A stretch of 61,718 bases of DNA, filler included, from Choristocarpus tenellus KU-1152 (taxonomy: Eukaryota > Protista > Phaeophyceae), in NCBI GenBank assembly GCA_964200185.2. It is 12 parts of 12 records of this genome, joined end to end, with 100 filler letters (N's around TTAATTAATTAA, not from the genome) between each part and the next. Parts side by side here need not be neighbours in the genome. Positions count along the whole stretch, not along the records: positions 24,284 to 26,926 come from CAXNAD020026017.1; positions 27,027 to 30,528 come from CAXNAD020019599.1; positions 30,629 to 35,776 come from CAXNAD020011713.1; 9 more parts are not named here. The stretch is one strand, 5' to 3'. Under the pieces are notes generated by a model. That model had not been told where the DNA came from, searched no databases, and was given only the letters and a program-made list of their open reading frames with translations. Numbering within the stretch: position 1 is the stretch's first letter; each line of letters begins with the position of its first letter. Below, piece after piece: positions 24,414 through 35,876 of this stretch. The position numbers and the translations under genes are program-made.

Positions 24414-24672
24414 GAGTCGAAGTACCTTAGAGAGTATAGCCGCATCCATTTGGGGGCCAATGTCCAATGTTGCGATTTTGATGTAATTTTGACTATCGTG
24501 TTTGTTAGAAATTGTCAATATCCTTGTTCTGGACACATCTTTTCATAACGTGTATATTTTACCTACTTGGAAACGTTTCAGGTCAGGTAAAATGTCATAA
24601 AAAATAATTGGGAAGCCAAGCCCCAAGCGTACAAATAGGGCAAAACTCTTACCCTCTAAAATACTTTCACTC
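24414..24672 (+). mobile_element. MITE family A with a perfect TTTA target-site duplication
   Basis: TTTA|gagtcgaagtacc ... aatactttcactc|TTTA. Confidence 0.92.
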
Positions 24673-24926
24673 TTTAAGCATCTATAATATAATAATAATT
24701 TGTATGGATGTGGAGAGTAGAACCATTATTATCAACTGTGCTATTTTGTTATAATTGCTAACAGCAAGTAACGCTCAAAACACAGTACAGTGCTGGTCCC
24801 TTAGCCTTACATTGGGATATATTAATAAAAGTATTACTATTATTGTTGTGCTCTTCTTTGAGTGGGTATGCTTGCACCAAGACTAAGAGGCTGGGATGGA
24901 TCTAGGAGGTACACAGGAGGAATAGT

Positions 24927-25451
24927 GAGCCAAAGTAAACGAAAGGTACCCAGGTTTCGACCGTTTTGAAATTAAGGTCATTTTTTTTCAATCTTTAACA
25001 ATTCACCCATATTTCTGTTGTCAAAGTGCTAAGTTTGACTTGGGACTGTAGAATTCTCTGTTGTTTGGAAATTTTCCACAAAAGAGTGAAAGTATCTTAG
25101 AGGGTACGAGTTTTGCCCTGTTTGTCCATTTGGGGCTTGACTTCCCATGGCGTAATTTTATGGCATTTTCCTACTCCAAAATGTTTAGGAGTAGGCAAAA
25201 ATGTATACGTCATGAAAAGGTGTGTTCGGAACAAGGATAATGACATTTCCCAACAAACACGACAGTCAAAATTACATCAAAATCGCAACATTGAATTTTG
25301 GCCCCCAAATGGACGAGGCCCTACCCTCTAAGATACTTTGGCTCAAAATTCAGCAGAGTTCCAATAAGCATTTGAAAAAAAGTCGAGTCTTGCATATATT
25401 TGTCACCTCTCTTAAAACGCGACTCTGGGTACCTCTAGTTTACTTTCACTC
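24927..25451 (+). mobile_element. MITE family B, complete, carrying a nested family A copy
   Basis: TIRs gagccaaagtaaacgaaaggtacccag / ctgggtacctctagtttactttcactc. Confidence 0.85.
25084..25344 (-). mobile_element. MITE family A nested in family B, AAAA target-site duplication
   Basis: AAAA|gagtgaaagtatcttagagggta ... taccctctaagatactttggctc|AAAA. Confidence 0.92.
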
Positions 25452-26051
25452 GGTCAAGGTTCCCCTTGGCCTCTGCTAGCTTGTAGAAGAGAGCTATGTG
25501 TGAATGGTTGACTACTTACTGCGCCTACAATAACCTAAGTGGGGGATGTTGGTATGGGTCAGCTAGACTACAGGTCAACCCCTATGAGAATGAAACCATC
25601 AACACTTTAACAGGAAGTTGGAGACAAACTTTGCTGCACACCGACTGAGAGGAAGAAAAGGAAGGGTGTCTGTTTGCTACAGACCTCTAGGTAACAGTGT
25701 TTTTTTGGGGTCTGATACGATTAAAAAAAACTGATCTGTCCACTGTCTGACACCAGTTGAGGTATTAGTCGATTTCACAGTATGTTTCAAGGGGGGAATT
25801 GAAAGAGAAAATATGCGATCCACTTGATTGGCTTGGAAATTGGCCATTTCTCGGGGAGGTAGTCGACTAAACCGGAAATTTCCTGCTCTCTGTCAACTAG
25901 GAAATCATCAGCCCACGGAGGTGTAGGGCGTTATCCTTCACAGGAAACACTAATAGGTTGCCCACCAAAAACTCAAGCAAAATGGGGCAGCCTACACCTA
26001 TCTTCGATTCCACCCCTGAAGCCCTCCAAAACTTGATTCCAGCACAGTATT

Positions 26052-26531
26052 TCACCGCATCCACTCAGGCATTCGGGGGAGCTTGCCCGCTTTCTCTGCC
26101 TTTTCCTTGCTAAGATGAGGATTTTTTAAGACGTTGTCACCCTTGAACCCTGGGACTTCACTGTAGACTGCGAAGAGACTCTTCCAGACACACTTTTGTG
26201 TCTCCCACAGGTACACATCAAACACCTCCATTGTGGCCTCCACCGGCTCCTCTGTGTTGGTCACCCCCACGTCTTCCTTCAGTTGCTGGAAGGAATTAAA
26301 GAATCTCAGGTCCTTGATACTGAGGTTAGGTGAGTTACCTGGTTGAGTCTCAATGACAATGTTGTCCCTTGCTGCCTCCTTGATTGCGTACATATTCCCC
26401 ACCTTGGTCTTGGTGTGTGTCTTTGCCCCATCCTGCTGCACGAAGGTGGTGTGTCCTTCTGGGCTAGGTATGTGAGCCTTGATTGCTGCGATGCGATCCT
26501 TGATCACGAGCTTCTCGTACCTCTCCGTCAA
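26052..26531 (-). mobile_element. Mariner-like (plant/oomycete DD39D-related) transposase, C-terminal fragment, degenerate
   Basis: FVQQDGAKTH...QPGNSPNLSIKDLRFFNSFQ...GDN...PH..K matches the QQDNAxPH...QPPNSPDLNVLDLGFF pattern. The N-terminal part is missing and no TIRs were seen. Confidence 0.85.
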
Positions 26532-26737
26532 ATAACCTAGTGTTATCCTTACGTTATCTTGCTGATCAAGTATATACCATAGGTTTTATGTACGTTTTCT
26601 TTAGTTCGGTACAATACAAAGTAGTGACGTGCACAGCAGTATGTTATGGTGGGCCAATGGGACATTACAAGTGGTATAGTGGGACAATAGCAGTAACATA
26701 GTTATAAGAGTTAACTGGGTTGTAAAACGAGCGAAAC

Positions 26738-26926
26738 GAGCCAAAGTATCTTAGAGGGTAGAGCCGCGTCCATTTGGGTGTCAAAATCCAATGTTCCGAT
26801 TTTGATGTAATTTTGACTATTGTGTTTTTTGGAGGCGTCAATATCCTTGTTCCGCACACACCTTTTCATAGCGTATAAATTTACCTACTCCGAAACATAT
26901 CGGAGTAGAAAAAAAATCATAAAAAA
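26738..26926 (+). mobile_element. MITE family A, truncated by the contig end
   Basis: gagccaaagtatcttagagggtagagccgcgtccattt... Confidence 0.88.
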
Positions 26927-27026
26927 NNNNNNNNNNNNNNNNNNNNNNNNNNNNNNNNNNNNNNNNNNNNTTAATTAATTAANNNNNNNNNNNNNNNNNN
27001 NNNNNNNNNNNNNNNNNNNNNNNNNN

Positions 27027-27123
27027 GGTTGGATAATGTAAATGGCCTTTCCCTGATTTTGCTCCAAATGGACCCCCTGGTGTAGCCCCCCCCCCCCCTC
27101 CCCCCCCCCAGATACTTTGGGTC
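27027..27123 (+). mobile_element. MITE family C, right end
   Basis: ggataatgtaa...ctccaaatggaccccctggtgtagccc...cccagatactttgggtc. Confidence 0.75.
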
Positions 27124-27124
27124 C

Positions 27125-27495
27125 CAAGGAGGCTTAGCCAGGATGACGATAGGGCTTGTGAAACTGTCCAGATCATCCGTTCTGATCATATTTGTTAAAA
27201 ACATGTGTTCATCATCCGTTCTGATCATATTTGTTAAAAACATGTGTTCATCATCCTCTTGATTGGGATGCTGAAACCACGAAGATTCAGGCATTGGACC
27301 ACACCTACAAGCAGACGGATAAGTTTGTTTACCGAGGAAATTCGGTCAGTGACGATTCCGCCAACACTGCTGAGATATGTCGGAGGACTCAGAAACTTGG
27401 AGTTGTTTTCACAAAGAGAGCCAGGTTATTTTTTCTGTATGATCTCAGGTGTAAAAGTTGAGTTTAGGGTTCGAATGGTCAAAGCAGAAGTACTT
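27125..27495 (+). mobile_element. RTE-like LINE reverse transcriptase relic with an internal 42-bp tandem duplication (about 27172-27256)
   Basis: GLARM...IQALDHTYKQTDKFVYRGNSVSD...EICRR...VRMVKAEVL resembles the algal RTE pattern (YKQTxxFVYLGG...EIxRR...KAEV). Confidence 0.75.
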
Positions 27496-27649
27496 CATTT
27501 TTTGATATTTTTCCACCTCCGAGTTATTATTTTTTATTTTATACTCTGATTTTTTATTGCTTTATTTTTCTTGTATGGCCGTTGATACCTTCTTGAACAG
27601 GTGATATCGCCTTATTTGGAGTACCCTTTTCGACCAGTAGAATTATTTC

Positions 27650-27845
27650 GACTGATAATGGGACGATAATGCTGAAGTACCTGATTTGTGGTTTCCACGC
27701 ATTGTCTTATAGTATCCTTATGTTTAGGACATTTTATATACACATATGTATATAGTTTTCATTGGTTTTCCCCTGACACATCTGCAAAATGTCAGAGGGC
27801 ATAATGATATATATATATAATGATGATAATGAAAATGATAATAAA
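27650..27845 (+). mobile_element. RLE non-LTR element 3' end
   Basis: ttttcattggttttcccctgacacatctgcaaaatgtcagagggcataatgat, followed by an AT-rich tail. Confidence 0.75.
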
Positions 27846-28189
27846 AACTCCTCAATATTTAAATTAAAAAAATATTAACTAGATATGCCATATTGTATTT
27901 CACGTAGTTAAAAGTTTCAAGCAAGATCCTCCAATGCATGATGCTTAGACATTTGACGGCGTGGTCGTGGAGAAAAAACAACATACAACATGCTCAGACT
28001 TGTGGTAAAGAAAGACAACGCAAAAAGAAAATAAACAAATTTTATGTATCTGACAAAAGTTCCAAAATCCAACAAAATTGTGCAGAAAGAAACAATATAC
28101 AGTCAATAAATTTCAAAAAAAGAACAAATGCGTGTAAGAGGGAAACAATACAAAGATAAGGTAAACTTGATTGAAAAATTATAAAAAGT

Positions 28190-28405
28190 TCCTAGCTCCT
28201 AACCCTGGGGTATAGGAATATAGGTAGATTGGAGGCACAGGAAGGCAGTGGTACAACATAGATAGTGAAATAACGAATAGATTGGTGTTTTTAACATTTG
28301 TGGCATTTTTTCTTTAGGGCTTATACTTACATGTAAATAGTTTTCATTGGTTTCCCCCCTGACACATCTGCAAAATGTCAGAGGGCATCATAATAAAAAT
28401 AAAAA
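28190..28405 (+). mobile_element. RLE non-LTR element 3' UTR copy
   Basis: Colinear with 6085-6300 (ccctgggg...aggaaggcagtggtaca...ttttcattggttt); ends in the hairpin and taataaaaataa. Confidence 0.8.
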
Positions 28406-28989
28406 GTTCAGTAGTCACAGACCATACAGAAGACCACACAACATAACACGTTTCCGTACCATAATATTTAACAAGTACTATTATTCTAGAGTATATAATA
28501 ATGCCAACATTCCTTCACATCACTCACATTCAAACATATTGTTATTATTATCAGATATTGTTTTATTTATATCATCCTAAAAAAAAGAGCAGGGCTGCAA
28601 GAGAATAAGCCCACAAAGAAAACAGCATTAAAATAATTCTGAAAAACTTACAGATGTACCAATTATTGGAGGACATTGTAAACTACAGTGGAAAACAGAT
28701 TTTGGTATGCGCTGGGCCACTCTTGACGTTGACTATAAAATGTATGATAAAGATCACAAACCAAATGCTAAGTATGTAGTAAGATTTGTAGAATTCTTGA
28801 TGGTACATCTCCTCTTCAATTTTTTTGTGATCTCTTCTTAGATGAAGATGGAGCTAAAATCTCAAAATCAAAGGGAACAAGTATCAGTATTGATGAGTGG
28901 ATGCGTTATGCACCTATTGAAAGCATGTTACTCTTCATGTATCAATCTCCGACAAAAGCTAATTTCAGCATGTAATGATAGTGGTGGTG

Positions 28990-30450
28990 TTGATGGCCTG
29001 GGCGATCTTAGCGTCTGCTTCAATCTGACGCACATCAGCTATTACAGCTTCCTTGGAATGCTATTTGGGGATGAACCTTGTTGTACCGTTAGTCACACGC
29101 TAATATCGCTCCTGTTTGGTAAGTGGCCCTCGTGCCAACCCTCAACTCCAATCACAAACTTGTTAAGATCATCTTTGAGACATGTCCACCATTTCTTCTC
29201 CTATCCACCTTTTTTTTCCTTTCGCAAGTTCTTCAAAACATTGATGTATTGGGAAATCGCTCATCTCCCAAGTGAGCAACTGATCTAGAAAATAGAAGCT
29301 TTCAATTGCGGAATTTTGCCTCGATACTCTCACACGCAGTCTTCAGAAGAGCATCCTTGTACGACAGGACATGACCAGTACGTTCCCATTTAAATGCAAA
29401 AGCACTACGACCAAGTAAGGGGGAAGAGAAGAAAGAAAAAAAATGGACGGTAGAATAAGAACCCCAAAAAATAATGCAGGGAGAAATCAGCACTCAACAG
29501 ACTGTGAAGGTGTTGTTATTGGTGATTTGGGCGACCTTAGCAACCTTAACATGGCGTAAATTAGGCATCACGGCAACCTTGAAATATCATTCTGGCATGA
29601 ACCTCGTTGTGATGGCAGTCACACATCTATACGACTCCTGTTGGTCAGAGGTCCGATGCTCCGACCCTCGACCTTAATCCCAAACCTGCCAAGGTCGTCT
29701 TGTAGGCATGCCCTACCATTTCTTCTCCTATCCACCTTGGTTTCATCTTCCTGCTGCAAGCTCCCCAGATATCATCACCTGATGAGGTCGCTCATCCGCC
29801 AAGCGAGCAACTGATCCAGCAAATGAGAGTGTCATTTGCGAACCATTACCTCGGCATTCTCACGCCCAGTCTTCGGAAGAGCATATTTGCACAACGGGAC
29901 ATGGTCAGTATATTCCCGTCTAAGGAATCAAATGCAACAAAGGAGGAACCTATGGTGATGTGGACAAAGCTTAAGGTAGTGAATTTGGCCGAGTTGTCTG
30001 TGCCATAAAACATTCAAACATACTCCGAGTTATAACAAATTGCAAGCGCATTAGCTTTAAGTATTCGAATATTAAACTCAAGATACACATCTGAGACCCT
30101 GTCACAAAAAAAAGTTGACAGTAATTGCGAAAAGAACTCCAAGTTTCTGATTCCTCCGGCTGATCTCAAGAGTAATAAATAAGAGCTTCATCATTGATGA
30201 TGCCTCCAAGGTAAGCAAATTATCCGTCTGTTTATAGGCCTAGTCCAGCACCTTGCTCTGCATGGTATCTACCTCCTAAACAGGAGGCAGAAGATACATC
30301 GTCTCCATCTGAAGTGTCGACATGTTCAGACCGGATTATCTCTCACCACCTTCATAATTAATCACTGTGTCATCATCCTCGTCAAACTCATTGGATCTTG
30401 GAGACAATGTGTTACAGGCGATATGTCTTGATGGCAGTTTCATAAACGCC
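28990..30450 (-). mobile_element. RTE-like LINE relics: 3' half (about 29520-30450) plus a second copy of the 3' end (about 28990-29420)
   Basis: The minus strand gives YKQTDNLLTL (homologous to 27300-27410), then RREYTDHVPL...KTGRENAEVMVRK...CLQDDLGRFGI. ccatttcttctcctatccacctt is repeated at about 29189 and 29716. Confidence 0.7.
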
Positions 30451-30974
30451 ATTATGACATTGAAGTTCTAGATTTGATATATTTGTACTCCTTGATTATT
30501 TATTTATTATTTGGTCATTATGATCCCCNNNNNNNNNNNNNNNNNNNNNNNNNNNNNNNNNNNNNNNNNNNNTTAATTAATTAANNNNNNNNNNNNNNNN
30601 NNNNNNNNNNNNNNNNNNNNNNNNNNNNGGGGGGTGACTGGAAATTAGGGGTGAAGGGGGTTCGCACTGGTTGGTCACCTCATGGGGGAGTAAATAGGAA
30701 ACCAGCGGCGAAGGGGTCGCAAGGGGCTGGTCAGAGGAAGGAATGCATGGGAAAGGAAAGGAATGGAGAGTGGGGGAGTGACAAACAAAGAACGAGCTAA
30801 TAATAATAATCCAGAATTCGTGAGCAAAACAATTTATTTTATTGGGTTTCTTTTTTATTTTTCGAAGACTCTTCTCGCGCCACTCCCAAACATACGAATG
30901 GCTACAAACGATTGGACAAACACTGATGCATCATTGTTGCTATAACTTCGAAATTGATCACTTGTTAATAAGTG

Positions 30975-31230
30975 AGATTTTATTTCTTTAGGTCTAATAA
31001 CGACATGTATATAGTTTTGATTGGTTTCCCCTGGGACACATCCACAATATGTCAGAGGGCATAATAATAAAATAGGTGAGATTTATCACAGGAACGACAA
31101 TTGATATGTTAATCCATACAATGTTTTATAGTGTTCTTATGTTTAGGATATTTTATTTCTTTAGGGCTAGCAACGACATGTATATATATTCTATTATTAT
31201 ACCCTCTGACATTTTGCAGATGTGTCAATG
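30975..31230. mobile_element. Cluster of RLE-element 3' ends (30975-31075 on +, 31080-31190 on +, 31191-31228 on -)
   Basis: attggtttcccctgggacacatccacaatatgtcagagggcataataataa, plus the inverted stub tattattataccctctgacattttgcagatgtgtca. Confidence 0.75.
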
Positions 31231-31999
31231 TAGATTTTGTCGATATAGAAATTGTTAGGGGAGTGGCGGGATAAACGGATTAATTCCTTGGTACCATCTT
31301 AGTGAGAATCTATTTCAGCCGATCTCACCATCGTAATCCGTCTATCCTGATCCAAACCCATGTTCTCCTAAAGCCTCCATAACAACTTTGCAAAAATCCC
31401 TCACAATCTGTAGTAGAATCTCTTTACTATGGTTTCAACATCTGGTGAGCAATGCGGTCTCCTCACCACAACGGGATTACAGACCGACCTTCCCCCACCA
31501 GTGCCAACACCTACTGCCCAAGTTGTCCAAGTGGGAAACAGTCAATATGGCGCTGTCAACGGAGAGGTATAAATGCATCTCTCGTCTTTTGTCTCCAAAT
31601 AGTCAATGCCAAGCCTTAATTGCGACAGTCCAATTTGACATACACTCCACAAAAAATGTACTTCGTTCTCATCACTCTCGACTCATGATATATATCTTTC
31701 GCATGAGGAGAAAATGTCTATCGATTGACTTAGCTCTTTCCCAAGTGATGTGGTCGATCTGAAATTCTCCGTACCACAACGTGGCTGCTTTGCTGTTGCT
31801 ACCATTCCCCTATAACTTGAAAATGCTCGATCGGTTACTGGAGTGAATCTGATGTTGGTTTTGATTTTAATGACAGCGTCGTGTACCATTAGCTCTCCAT
31901 CGACTTCAATTCTAGTAAATTAATTGTTGGTATGGATCACGTTAAGACTCGGGTCTTTTTATGTGGTTTGTTGCTCACAAGTCCTTGGTACATCATCAG

Positions 32000-34862
32000 G
32001 TGGAACCATCACTGGAAGACAAGACATCTTTGCTGGTGATAATGCTCGTGGTTCTCATAGGAGACACTGCCCGTGGCATAATGTTTCCCACCCTGTGGCC
32101 TTATGTAAAAATTTTGGGTGGGGACCGTATAACCCAGGGATACTGTGTTGGAGCCTTCAGTTTCGGAAGGTGAAGTTCAATTTAGGGAAGGTTCATTCCC
32201 CATTGCCATCTGCTTGTGATGTTATTGCACAAGCCGTAGTAGCTGCTTGCATCATCTAGATGGAGGCTACATACTGTGCACTTTTACCTATTAACACCAA
32301 GAACGCAGCTTTTTGTTGATTGGTGCTGGCTACGTACTCAGGCCATATATTCGAGTGTTTATATCGCCCATCTTACACATGCTCTCTCACGATATATTAC
32401 TGCAGGGTCTTCATGGCGCCTATAATGGGAGATTGGTCCACCAAAAGAGGATACGGGAAGATCCTCTCCTTTGCTAGTTTAATTATCTGTGTTGGTTCCA
32501 TGTGGTACGCTTTGGCAAGCTCTACTTGGCAACTGGTTGCTGCTCAGGTATGTGAGCTAGGGTTTATCCACCCTCTTTGTGTAAATGCGAAATGTATTCC
32601 TTGTTGAGATATTGCGTAGGTGACCCAACAATGTTCTGTCAGCTTTTTATTTGTATTGATCAGGATATAACAGAAATGTTTTCGAACATGCAATTGCACA
32701 GGTACTTGCCTCTACTGTATGTGATAGTTAGAGTTTTGTGTATCTTTGATGACTTTAAAATGCAGATGAAGAATATCGCGGAGTCCTGGTGGACGAAGGC
32801 AATATTCCTCTCCAATCATGCCATTTCGTGCTCAGGAGCGGGGCAGCCTTGTCCTCAAGTGATAACTTGTTCCCTTTGTCCCACCTTGAGCAGGTTGTAA
32901 TGGGAATGGGCAGTGGCACATTGGGTGTCACACGAGGTTACGTGGCAAACAAGTCAACCACAGCACAGAGGACATATTTGCTGGCAAATGTCACGTAAGT
33001 AACTTGGGGGATTATTATTGAAAAAAATGGATGCAGCTTCTCTCACATTGCGCCCTTTATAACAAGAATAAAGATCAAGTTTTGTCTATAAATGCCTAAT
33101 CCACTCTGAACCTTTCAAATTTACTACATCAACCTGTTTTCATGCTTCTGTTATGAACTGCATGAGAGGATTGAAACACTGTATGCTTTGTATAGTTAGT
33201 ATCTAGTTTTTCATGGTGTGTAGCGGTCAAGTCACAGAGCTCTGGCCAGAATTGAAAATGTGATCTCTCTGAAAGGAAATATCTTCCACCCTCCTAACTC
33301 ACCCTTTCCCCATGCCCATGTCCCTCAATGCTTTCAGTGCGGTCCAGTATGCTGGGTTCACATGTATGCCCTTTGTTGGTGGTTTCCTGAGCTACATCTT
33401 GGGGAACCGTGATATTGACATGCTGGGGCCCTTAAAGCTGAACCAATTCACTGCACCAGCTTATGTTATGGTATGCCTGTCTTTGGTTATATTCTGCCTT
33501 CTCAACACAGTGTTTCAGGACAGTATTCCTGCCCCCAAAAAAGTGAAGAGGAAGCTCTCTGTTTCAGTTCCACATTCTATGACCAGGATCGCAGACCAGG
33601 ATGTGTCTAGGTTTCAATCTTCTGTCCAAACCGCCCAGAGCAATCCTAACTTCTCAGAAGCCAGCTTGACGGCTACAAATAGCAGTGTAGGAGACATGTG
33701 GCCTCCTGAGTTGAAGGATGAGGAGGAGGGTCTCAATGAACACATCGATTTCACAAGCATAGACTTGCTACACCGCAGCCACACCTTGTTCAAGAGCTAT
33801 GGACATGGTAGATCGGAAAGTGACATTGAGTTGCAATCGTGGGGTTGCTTCCAGCTCCCCACTACGATGGACATGTTGATTTTTGGTGGGTTCCTGCTGA
33901 ACATGAGTACCAAGGGGACCATTGCATGCTACGAGACCCTGGGTGCAGAGTACTCGATGACCCACTTTGACCTCACCAGTTCAGAGGCGGGTGTGATCTT
34001 TGCGACTTTTGGGTCTATGGGTGTAGTGGCTCTGCTGTCCATGCGACTCTTGTGCAAGTACTTCAATGATGTGCAGATTGTGGTGGGAGGCATGATGGTG
34101 ATGATCGCTGGCTGTGCTTTGTTCCTGCCTTCCCCGCATGGTGCTGAGGGTCTGCCCATGTTCATGTGGGCTGTGTTCCTCATGTATGCTGTGGGATACC
34201 CCATTGGCCACACCGCGGTGAGTTGAAACTTTATTTTTACAGTCTGTCTGGAAAGATGGGGGCAGAAACTGTTGCCCCTCTCCAGCCTCCGCGCATTTTT
34301 TACAGACGGATTTGATATCACTGGCGTGATTGTTGTGTTGGGTCTGTCATTGCCTCCATTCTCAACCACTACTAGTGTGTGCTGTGTGTGACACTACCTG
34401 CAGGTTTCCTTTGTGGTGGTGCATTGTGGATGAATGTAGGGGTTGCTGCATGAAGCGAGGTATTGATTAGACACTGGAAAAGTATGCCGTATGCTCTTTT
34501 ATCTTTCAGTTCTCAGTATGCTTCTTGTTAGGTCTCAATTTGTCTCCCTTATTTACTCAAGAAATGGAGCTTGTTAGTGACCATGTGCCGTGTGAGAACC
34601 CACATTACTATGCAATCGATACACAAACGAGTTTGTCAAGGTGAATCATCCCTGCTAAGTCGATAATACTGTCTCTCCGTCCCTTCCCCCTAACCCTAAG
34701 TATTGATAGTCTTGCGTTAAACATGTTTCGTTTTCTTGTCAAATTGTGGCCAGGTCCTTGGACTCTTCTCCAAGGTGGTTGGTAGGCAGCCACAGGGAGG
34801 GTTGCTTGGATGGTTCGGATCGGCTGGCTCTGTGGCACGTGTTACCTTTCCCATTCTTGCAG
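32000..34862 (+). CDS. Major facilitator superfamily transporter (MFSD8/CLN7-like); exons 32000-32169, 32406-32547, 32894-32994, 33338-34217, 34754-34862; partial
   Basis: All junctions are GT-AG with consistent phases (2,0,2,0). Motifs: IMFPTLWPYV, GYCVGAFSFGR, APIMGDWSTKRG (motif A-like), GMGSGTLGVTRGYVA, LNQFTAPAY, YPIGHTA/VLGLFSKVVG.QPQG.LLGWFGSAGSVAR. Multiple transmembrane segments. Confidence 0.92.
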
Positions 34863-35876
34863 GTGATTACAAACCACATAATTTTCATTGTATTTTGTGT
34901 CATGAGTGAGGGAATGGTGTGGTTTTTTGTTTTGTGGTGTATTCCTGTGATTGTGACCAATACTGTCTGTGGGTGAAGTGGGTGATGTAGTGTAAAGGAC
35001 AGACCTGGATGACTCCTCATGTTTCGAATAGAGGCAAGACAAGTCTGGGTTGATCTGTACATGTAATAATTCATTTCCTTTTCAAAATATCTAGGTGATG
35101 AGATAAACAGAGTTGTGTGAAAAAGTGCCAATTTGTGTGACAGAGTTCTTGTCAAAAGTATACAAAAAACACAGTGTATGGTTCCTTCTGATGATCTTGT
35201 TCCTGGTACAAGTTAAGGAGGTTTTTTCCTTGCTTGCCAAGGGTTAGGGTTATATTTCATCGAGAAAGACATTAATGTTTTTTTTAAGGTGATTAATTAG
35301 ATTCTAACCCTAATCCTTAGATTTGATGATAGTCCTTTATATGGAATGGAACATCTGCTTGTCAATATTTTTTAAGGTCTTTGCACTGGACTGGGTGGTT
35401 TTGTCAGGGTCAGGTCATGAACTGGCTGAGACTATTATTCTTTTTTCAGGGCATGACCAGGGGTGTAGCAATTTTGGCAGGGTGGGTTGTGAGTCAACTC
35501 AGTATTTTTTTTTGCTTTGTGAGCACCACTAGTGCTGTAGAAATTTAGTCAGGACCAGCATGGAAGACCACATCCATGCGGAAATTTGTGTCCACTGTGA
35601 ATGGGCTACCCACCTCCATAGTGCAAGGAATGCCCAATTCCTTGCAGAGTTGTTCTAGACACTCAATTGTTGGCATTTGCTGGCCTACCTGTCCCCCTGC
35701 CCCACCCCTGCCCTAGGACAGGTACACATGGGCTGTCTTGGGCAAGGTATAATTTATTTCTAGGTTCAAAGTACCTNNNNNNNNNNNNNNNNNNNNNNNN
35801 NNNNNNNNNNNNNNNNNNNNTTAATTAATTAANNNNNNNNNNNNNNNNNNNNNNNNNNNNNNNNNNNNNNNNNNNN

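Noticed and set aside
33213-33260. tRNA or tRNA-SINE-like A box (gtgtagcggtcaag)
   Set aside because: No B box or cloverleaf follows.
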